A stretch of 64,000 nt of DNA from Abditibacterium sp. (GTDB lineage Bacteria; Armatimonadota; Abditibacteriia; Abditibacteriales; Abditibacteriaceae): contig OZ251992.1 of assembly GCA_965246885.1 (NCBI GenBank), positions 1,984,001 to 2,048,000 on the forward strand, in the 5' to 3' direction. This document shows positions 58,852 through 64,000 of the stretch, piece by piece (position 1 is the stretch's first letter; each line of letters opens with the position of its first letter). The position numbers and the translations under genes are program-made. The notes below the pieces were generated by a model. It was not told the DNA's origin. It did not search any database and saw only the letters and a program-made list of their open reading frames with translations.

Positions 58852-59841
58852 ATGCCGACCCGCTTTTTGCTGCCCGCGTTGTTCCTGTTGTGCCTTGGCG
58901 CGGCGCTGTTTTCGCTTGTGTGGGGGGCGCCGGTTTCTCCTTGGGAACTGCGGGCGGGGGCGCCGGAGCACGACGTGGCGCGGGCGATATTTTTGTCGCT
59001 GCGCCCGACGCGCACCCTTGCGGCGCTGTTAGTGGGCGCGAGTTTGAGCGTCGCGGGCGCGGGGTTGCAAACCCTGTTTCGCAACCCGCTCGCCGAGCCG
59101 TATCTATTGGGGATTTCGGCGGGCGGAGCGCTGGGAGCGACGCTTGCGCTTGCGCTCCATTTGCCACTTGCATTGGGCTTCGATGCGACGCTCCCGCTTG
59201 CGTGGGGCGGGGCGATTGCGGCGGGGTTTGCCGTGTTCGCGTTGGGGCGGGGCAAGGAAGCGGGCTTTGATTCGGGGGCGCGGCGGGCGCGTTTGTTGTT
59301 GGTGGGCGTGGCGCTGTCGGCGTTGTTGTCGGCGCTGATGTCGCTTGTGGTGGCGCTGTCGGGAAGCGCGGAGTTGGCGCAACAGAGCGCATTTTGGCTG
59401 TTGGGCGGTTTGTCACGGGCGAGCGCGGCGCAGAACTGGATGCTGGCGCTGTCGCTGGCGGGCGGCTTTGCGCTGCTGCGGGGCGGGGCGCGCGATTTGG
59501 ACGCGCTTCATGCGGGCGACGAGGACGCGCTCGCGCTGGGCGTGCATTACGGCGCGTTGCAAAAGCGGGTGCTGCTGGCGGCGGGTCTGCTCGCAGCCTC
59601 AAGCGTGGCCGTCGCGGGGTTGATTGGCTTTGTGGGCTTGCTGGCGCCGCATCTCGTGCGCTTACTGGGCGGGCGCCAAAACCGGACGCTGCTTCCCGGT
59701 GCAGCCTTGTGCGGGGCGGCGCTCTTGTGCGGTTGCGATGCGCTCGCGCGCGGGGCGTTTGCGCCGGTTGAAGTGCCTGTCGGCATCTTCACCGCCATCT
59801 TGGGCGTGCCGCTATTCTTAATGCTGGCGCGGCGGATGTGA
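58852..59841 (+). CDS. FecCD/BtuC-family ABC transporter permease
   Basis: GAGLQTLFRNPLAEPYLLGISAGG, GLIGFVGLLAPH, EVPVGIFTAILGVPLF; start ATG 58852 inferred. Confidence 0.92.
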   Translation: MPTRFLLPALFLLCLGAALFSLVWGAPVSPWELRAGAPEHDVARAIFLSLRPTRTLAALLVGASLSVAGAGLQTLFRNPLAEPYLLGISAGGALGATLALALHLPLALGFDATLPLAWGGAIAAGFAVFALGRGKEAGFDSGARRARLLLVGVALSALLSALMSLVVALSGSAELAQQSAFWLLGGLSRASAAQNWMLALSLAGGFALLRGGARDLDALHAGDEDALALGVHYGALQKRVLLAAGLLAASSVAVAGLIGFVGLLAPHLVRLLGGRQNRTLLPGAALCGAALLCGCDALARGAFAPVEVPVGIFTAILGVPLFLMLARRM

Positions 59842-59884
59842 GAGGGCGGCGCATGCTCATACTGCGCCTTCCTGCGCCATCGCT

Positions 59885-61219
59885 ATGGAACCCTTTCTTC
59901 ACCGCTCCTACTTGGGCTGGGTGCGCGACCTCGCCACGCATCCCAAGCCAACACACCCCTCGCCTGCCGACAAGTGGCCCAACGTCGCTATTGATGACGA
60001 CCTGCTGGCCGACTACGAGCAGACCTTTGCGGTGTTGCAAAAGGCGGGCTTCAACGAGATCGTGTTGTGGGGCCTGTTCACCAGCCGCAACTGGCTGCCC
60101 GATGTCGAGCACACCATTGACGAGGCGCGCGCTGGTCAGGTGCGTCACCTCATCGCGCAAGGGCACGCGCACGGACTCAAGGTGCTCTACGGTGGCGGAC
60201 TGTATTCGTGGGGCTTCGAGAACATCATCGCCGCGCACCGGGAAGTCGCGGGCGGCACCAGCGAGACGGTCATGCGCCCATTGCACCCGCTCGCGTGGGA
60301 GTTCCAACGCCGCATCTTCGACTTTGTCCTTTCCTTTCCATTCGACGGCATCTCCATGCAAAGCGGCGATCTGGGGCGCAACGACTCGCCCGAAACCGCC
60401 GTTTGGAGCGACATCCAATACCATGCCTTCCTGACCGACAAAGCCGCGCGCTACCTCAAAGCGAACTACCCCGACAAGATGCTCGCCGTGTCAGGTTGGG
60501 GTCTCAACTTCGGCGACCCCGCCGACTTGCCCTTCATCCTGCAAATGACGCGCGACCTGACATACCTCGTGGACGTGCAGGACAGCGCGGCCCCTTGGCG
60601 CCCGCAAATGATCGAAGCCATCCGCCCATGCTGTTACGGCTCGACCGGTAGCCCAAACGTCGAGCCGCCGCTTCACTGGGCGCGCGACCGGTGGTTTTTG
60701 CCAATTCTCAAGCGCATGGTCATCCAGATGCAAACCATCCACGCGCAGGGCGCGCGGGCTGTCGAAACTTACATGCGCGTCTTGGCCAACCCCGGCGAAG
60801 AAGCGGCCTTGCGCGTGGCGGGTGCCGTCGAACTCCAGCCCGACCGCGCGTGGGACGACATCACCCGCGAAGTGCTGAACGACATCTACCGTCCCAAGAC
60901 CCCACCTGCCCACGCCCGTTTGCTCGGTTTATTCGAGCGCGCCGAGGACTCTTATTACGACAACTCGGACGTGGCCCCGGCGGACATCGTGCGCGTCGAG
61001 CCGCTCGTGGGCGACCGCATCGGCCACGCCACCTACCTCGTTGACCACATGGCCGCCGCGCAACTGGCCGCCTATGGAAACGAACTGCGCGCCCTACGCG
61101 CCGAGGCCGCCGCCCTCGAACCCCTCGTCGAAAACGCCGCCCAAATGCAACTCATCGGGCGTTGCATCGAGAATTCCCTCTTGGATGTGGGGCGCGCTCA
61201 ACGCGGTTCTTCGTTCTGA
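59885..61219 (+). CDS. Hypothetical protein (possible TIM-barrel hydrolase-like fold)
   Basis: 444-aa ORF with coding-like bias; AGFNEIVLWG, AHAHGLKVLYG, FDGISMQSGD resemble barrel strands. Confidence 0.7.
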   Translation: MEPFLHRSYLGWVRDLATHPKPTHPSPADKWPNVAIDDDLLADYEQTFAVLQKAGFNEIVLWGLFTSRNWLPDVEHTIDEARAGQVRHLIAQGHAHGLKVLYGGGLYSWGFENIIAAHREVAGGTSETVMRPLHPLAWEFQRRIFDFVLSFPFDGISMQSGDLGRNDSPETAVWSDIQYHAFLTDKAARYLKANYPDKMLAVSGWGLNFGDPADLPFILQMTRDLTYLVDVQDSAAPWRPQMIEAIRPCCYGSTGSPNVEPPLHWARDRWFLPILKRMVIQMQTIHAQGARAVETYMRVLANPGEEAALRVAGAVELQPDRAWDDITREVLNDIYRPKTPPAHARLLGLFERAEDSYYDNSDVAPADIVRVEPLVGDRIGHATYLVDHMAAAQLAAYGNELRALRAEAAALEPLVENAAQMQLIGRCIENSLLDVGRAQRGSSF

Positions 61220-61304
61220 CGCGGCGGTTGTGAAGCCAAATCCCGTCTCCCTCCCTTGCGCGGCAGGGGAAAGGGCCTTATACCCTTAGCTTGCTCTTTC
61301 GAGG

Positions 61305-61387
61305 GCCGATGTGGCGAAATGGCAGACGCACCGGACTTAAAATCCGTTGCCCGCAAGGGCGTGCCGGTTCGAGTCCGGCCATCGGTA
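61305..61387 (+). tRNA. tRNA-Leu (anticodon TAA), CCA not encoded
   Basis: GCCGATG/CATCGGT acceptor stem, TGGC-GAAATGGCAGAC D arm, CT-TAA-AA loop, long variable arm GCCCGCAAGGGC, GGTTCGAGTCC T arm. Confidence 0.95.
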
Positions 61388-61450
61388 GTGACTAATTGGG
61401 GCGCGGATACCCTCGCGGTGTTCGCGCTTCCGTGTGTTTGGGCCGCCTTT

Positions 61451-62047
61451 ATGCTTCCCCTTGTTTTGGCGTCGGCGTCGCCGCGCCGCTCGCAACTCTT
61501 GCGCGAGCTTGGCCTCGCGTTTTCGCTCGCGCCCACCCACGCTCCTGAACCCGCGCCCTCGCTTATCGACGCTGCCACCCCCGGTGCTTATGTCGAGCGG
61601 TTGGCCCGCTTGAAGGCCGAAGCGTGCGCGGAGCCGGGCCTCGTCATCGCCGCCGATACCGTCGTGGTCTTCGAGGGCGCCATCCTCAACAAGCCGCGCG
61701 ACGCCGAGGACGCCTTCGCCATGCTGTCCCGCCTACGCGGGCAAACGCACCGCGTTCTGACGGGCGTGTGCTTGCGGCAGGGCGACGACTACTGGGCCGA
61801 ACACGAGGAAACGCGCGTGACGTTTGGCGCCGTCTCGGACGAGTGGTTGCGAGCGTACATAGCGATGGGCGAGCCGCTCGACAAGGCGGGCGCCTATGGC
61901 GCGCAGGGGCGCGGCGCGCTGCTCGTGGAGCGCATCGAGGGAGACTACTTCAACGTCGTGGGGCTGCCACTTTTTCGCTTGGCGCGGATGTTGAACGAGC
62001 GCGGTTATGCCATCGAGCGGGCGTGGGAGACTGCGGGGCAATCGTGA
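61451..62047 (+). CDS. maf: Maf-family nucleoside triphosphate pyrophosphatase
   Basis: LVLASASPRR, IAADTVV, KP, DKAGAYG, NVVGLP. Confidence 0.94.
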   Translation: MLPLVLASASPRRSQLLRELGLAFSLAPTHAPEPAPSLIDAATPGAYVERLARLKAEACAEPGLVIAADTVVVFEGAILNKPRDAEDAFAMLSRLRGQTHRVLTGVCLRQGDDYWAEHEETRVTFGAVSDEWLRAYIAMGEPLDKAGAYGAQGRGALLVERIEGDYFNVVGLPLFRLARMLNERGYAIERAWETAGQS

Positions 62048-63045
62048 GCAAATTCTGGCAACGGTCGGGGGATGTCGGCATTGACTTGGGGACGGCGAAC
62101 ACGCTCATCGCCATGCAGGGGCGTGGCATCGTGCTCGAAGAGCCGTCCGTCGTGGCGGTAGACCGCGTGCGCGGCGCCATCTGCGCCGTCGGAACCGACG
62201 CCAAAGCGATGATGGGCCGCACCCCCGCGCACCTCACGGTCGTGCGGCCCATGCAAGACGGCGTGGTCGCCGACCTCAACGTCACGCGGCAAATGCTGGA
62301 ACACTTCGTTGGGCGCGTTTATCGGGGGCGCGGGCTGATTTCCCCGCGCGTGATGGTGGGCGTTCCGACCGGCATCACCGACGTCGAGCGCCGCGCCGTC
62401 GAAAGCGCCGCCGAAACCGCGACCGGCGCGCGCCAAGCCCACACCGTCGAAGAGCCGATGGCCGCCGCTTTGGGCGCCGGATTGCCCGTTGATGACGCCG
62501 CCGCTTCGATGATCGTGGACATCGGCGGCGGCACGACCGAGGTCGCCGTTATCTCGCTTGGCGGCATCGTGACCGCGCGCTCCATCCGCGTCGCTGGCGA
62601 CGAAATCAGCGAGGCGCTGCGCTCCTACATCCGGCACGAGCACAATATCCTCGTGGGCGACCTCACCGTCGAAAAGCTCAAAACCGACGCGGCGTCGGCG
62701 TACTCCGTTGTGCCCGATTCCAAGGTCTGGATACGCGGGCGCTCGCTCATTACTGGTCTGCCCGGTGCCATCGAAATATCGAGCGCCGAACTGCGCGCCG
62801 CCATCCGCGAACCCGTCACCGCCATCATCGAAGTGGTGCGCGCGACGCTCGAAGTCGCGCCGCCCGAACTGTGCGCCGACATTATGGAGCGCGGCCTCAC
62901 TCTCGCGGGCGGCGGCGCCCTGTTGCGCGGCTTGGCTTTGGCCATCGAGCGCTCCGTCGGCTCGCCCGTCCACGTCTGCGATTCCCCCTTGGCTGCCGTC
63001 GCGCTGGGAACTGTCCTCGCCTTGGAGCGGCAGGGAAAGGAGTAG
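62044..63045 (+). CDS. mreB: Rod shape-determining protein MreB
   Basis: GIDLGTANT, EPSVVA, EEPMAAALGAGL, VDIGGGTTE, LAGGGALL; GTG 62044 overlaps the maf stop. Confidence 0.94.
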   Translation: MSKFWQRSGDVGIDLGTANTLIAMQGRGIVLEEPSVVAVDRVRGAICAVGTDAKAMMGRTPAHLTVVRPMQDGVVADLNVTRQMLEHFVGRVYRGRGLISPRVMVGVPTGITDVERRAVESAAETATGARQAHTVEEPMAAALGAGLPVDDAAASMIVDIGGGTTEVAVISLGGIVTARSIRVAGDEISEALRSYIRHEHNILVGDLTVEKLKTDAASAYSVVPDSKVWIRGRSLITGLPGAIEISSAELRAAIREPVTAIIEVVRATLEVAPPELCADIMERGLTLAGGGALLRGLALAIERSVGSPVHVCDSPLAAVALGTVLALERQGKE

Positions 63046-63069
63046 GGCGCCAAACTCATTCCCGCTTCC

Positions 63070-63897
63070 ATGCCTCGTTTCTCTCGTTTATGGCCGCTCG
63101 CGTTGGGCGGCGCCGTCTGTTTATCGCTTGTGCTATTACAAAACGCCGCGAGTGGGCGCGGGCGCCTCGACCCCGTCGCGGGCGCGGGCACGGCGCTGCT
63201 TAGCCCGTTACAAAGCGGCCTGAACGGGCTGGGCAGTTACCTGTCCGATGTCGGGCGCGTCATGGCGCGGCGCGACGACTTGGCGAGCGAGAACAACCGG
63301 CTGCGCGCGCGCGTCGCCGACTTGGAAGGCCAAACCGCGCGCTTGTCGCGCTTCCAACGCGAAAACGTCGAACTGCGCGCCCTCCTCAAAATGCCCGCTC
63401 CGCTACCGGGGCGTAACCTCGCCGCCAACGTGGTCGCTGCGACGCGCGGCGACACCGCGCGCCGCCTCACGCTGGGCGCCGGAACGGACGCGGGCGTTTC
63501 GGCCAAAGATGTCGTTTACGCGGCGCAGGGATTGGTCGGGCAGGTCTCGCAAGTCGGGCGCTGGACGTGCGTGGTGACGCCGCTCGTTGACCGCGAAGGC
63601 GGCGCGGGCGCGTTCGACTCGCGCTCCGGCGCGCAGGGGTTGGTCGTCGGCACCGGCACCGACGTTTCCAAAATGCTTTACCTGCCCTTTGACGCGGACG
63701 TGCGTACCGGTGACTTGTTGCTCACGAGCGGCGCCGGAAGCACCGAGGGCGCCATCTACCCGCGCGGTATCGTCGTCGGGCGCGTGTTGAAGATCGAAAA
63801 AGACCGCGCTTACTCCCGCCAAACCGCCTTTGTCGCCCCCGCCATCATCCCCGACAACCTCGGCGCCGTCTGGATTCACACCACCGACGCGCGTTAA
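63070..63897 (+). CDS. mreC: Rod shape-determining protein MreC
   Basis: TM plus coiled coil (ENNRLR, EN.ELR.LL), GLVGQV, GDLLLTSG, YPRGIVVGRV; follows mreB. Confidence 0.9.
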   Translation: MPRFSRLWPLALGGAVCLSLVLLQNAASGRGRLDPVAGAGTALLSPLQSGLNGLGSYLSDVGRVMARRDDLASENNRLRARVADLEGQTARLSRFQRENVELRALLKMPAPLPGRNLAANVVAATRGDTARRLTLGAGTDAGVSAKDVVYAAQGLVGQVSQVGRWTCVVTPLVDREGGAGAFDSRSGAQGLVVGTGTDVSKMLYLPFDADVRTGDLLLTSGAGSTEGAIYPRGIVVGRVLKIEKDRAYSRQTAFVAPAIIPDNLGAVWIHTTDAR

Positions 63898-64000
63898 ACT
63901 GCGCTCGACAAGTCGAGCGCAGCGCGCAGCGCCAGTTCATAGCTCGTTACCCCAAAGCCCGCAATAGAACCGACGCAGGCGTCAGCGATGACCGAATGGT

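Noticed and set aside
61305..61450. tRNA-Leu as the integration site of a genomic island
   Set aside because: No integrase nearby, no duplicated tRNA 3' end seen in the window, and housekeeping maf-mreBC follows directly.
63898..64000. Possible gene end or hairpin (gcgctcgac-aa-gtcgagcgc) at the right edge
   Set aside because: Too little sequence to assign a feature.

Overview
High-GC bacterial chromosomal window, mostly housekeeping genes: ppc (runs off the left edge), moaC, fumC, murJ, actP, serC, sdhCAB, rmlC, RNase Z, a pstS-pstS-pstC-pstA-pstB-phoU locus with Pho-box-like repeats, hom, thrC, tRNA-Leu(TAA) and maf-mreB-mreC, plus two-component and c-di-GMP genes. The DUF1559/H-X9-DG prepilin-like protein and the GntR-LacI regulator suggest Abditibacteriota/Armatimonadota (inference only). 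I saw no prophage, transposase or CRISPR array. The most unusual signals are non-coding or sub-genic. (1) A ~205-nt minus-strand transcript at ~13690-13895 has its own promoter and terminator, a long rod stem, a 13-nt near-complement of the 16S 3' end and an internal anti-SD. (2) Four dispersed intergenic arrays share one 21-bp repeat family. (3) Several REP/REPIN-like palindromes are present, one inserted in frame in a PAP2-ArnT fusion gene. (4) A YANACT-like hexamer recurs 6-9 nt before start codons, suggesting leaderless mRNAs. (5) A HEPN toxin with an internal amber stop is paired with a non-MNT partner. (6) Tandem AAA-ATPase paralogs. All product calls come from motif recognition by eye; no searches were run.
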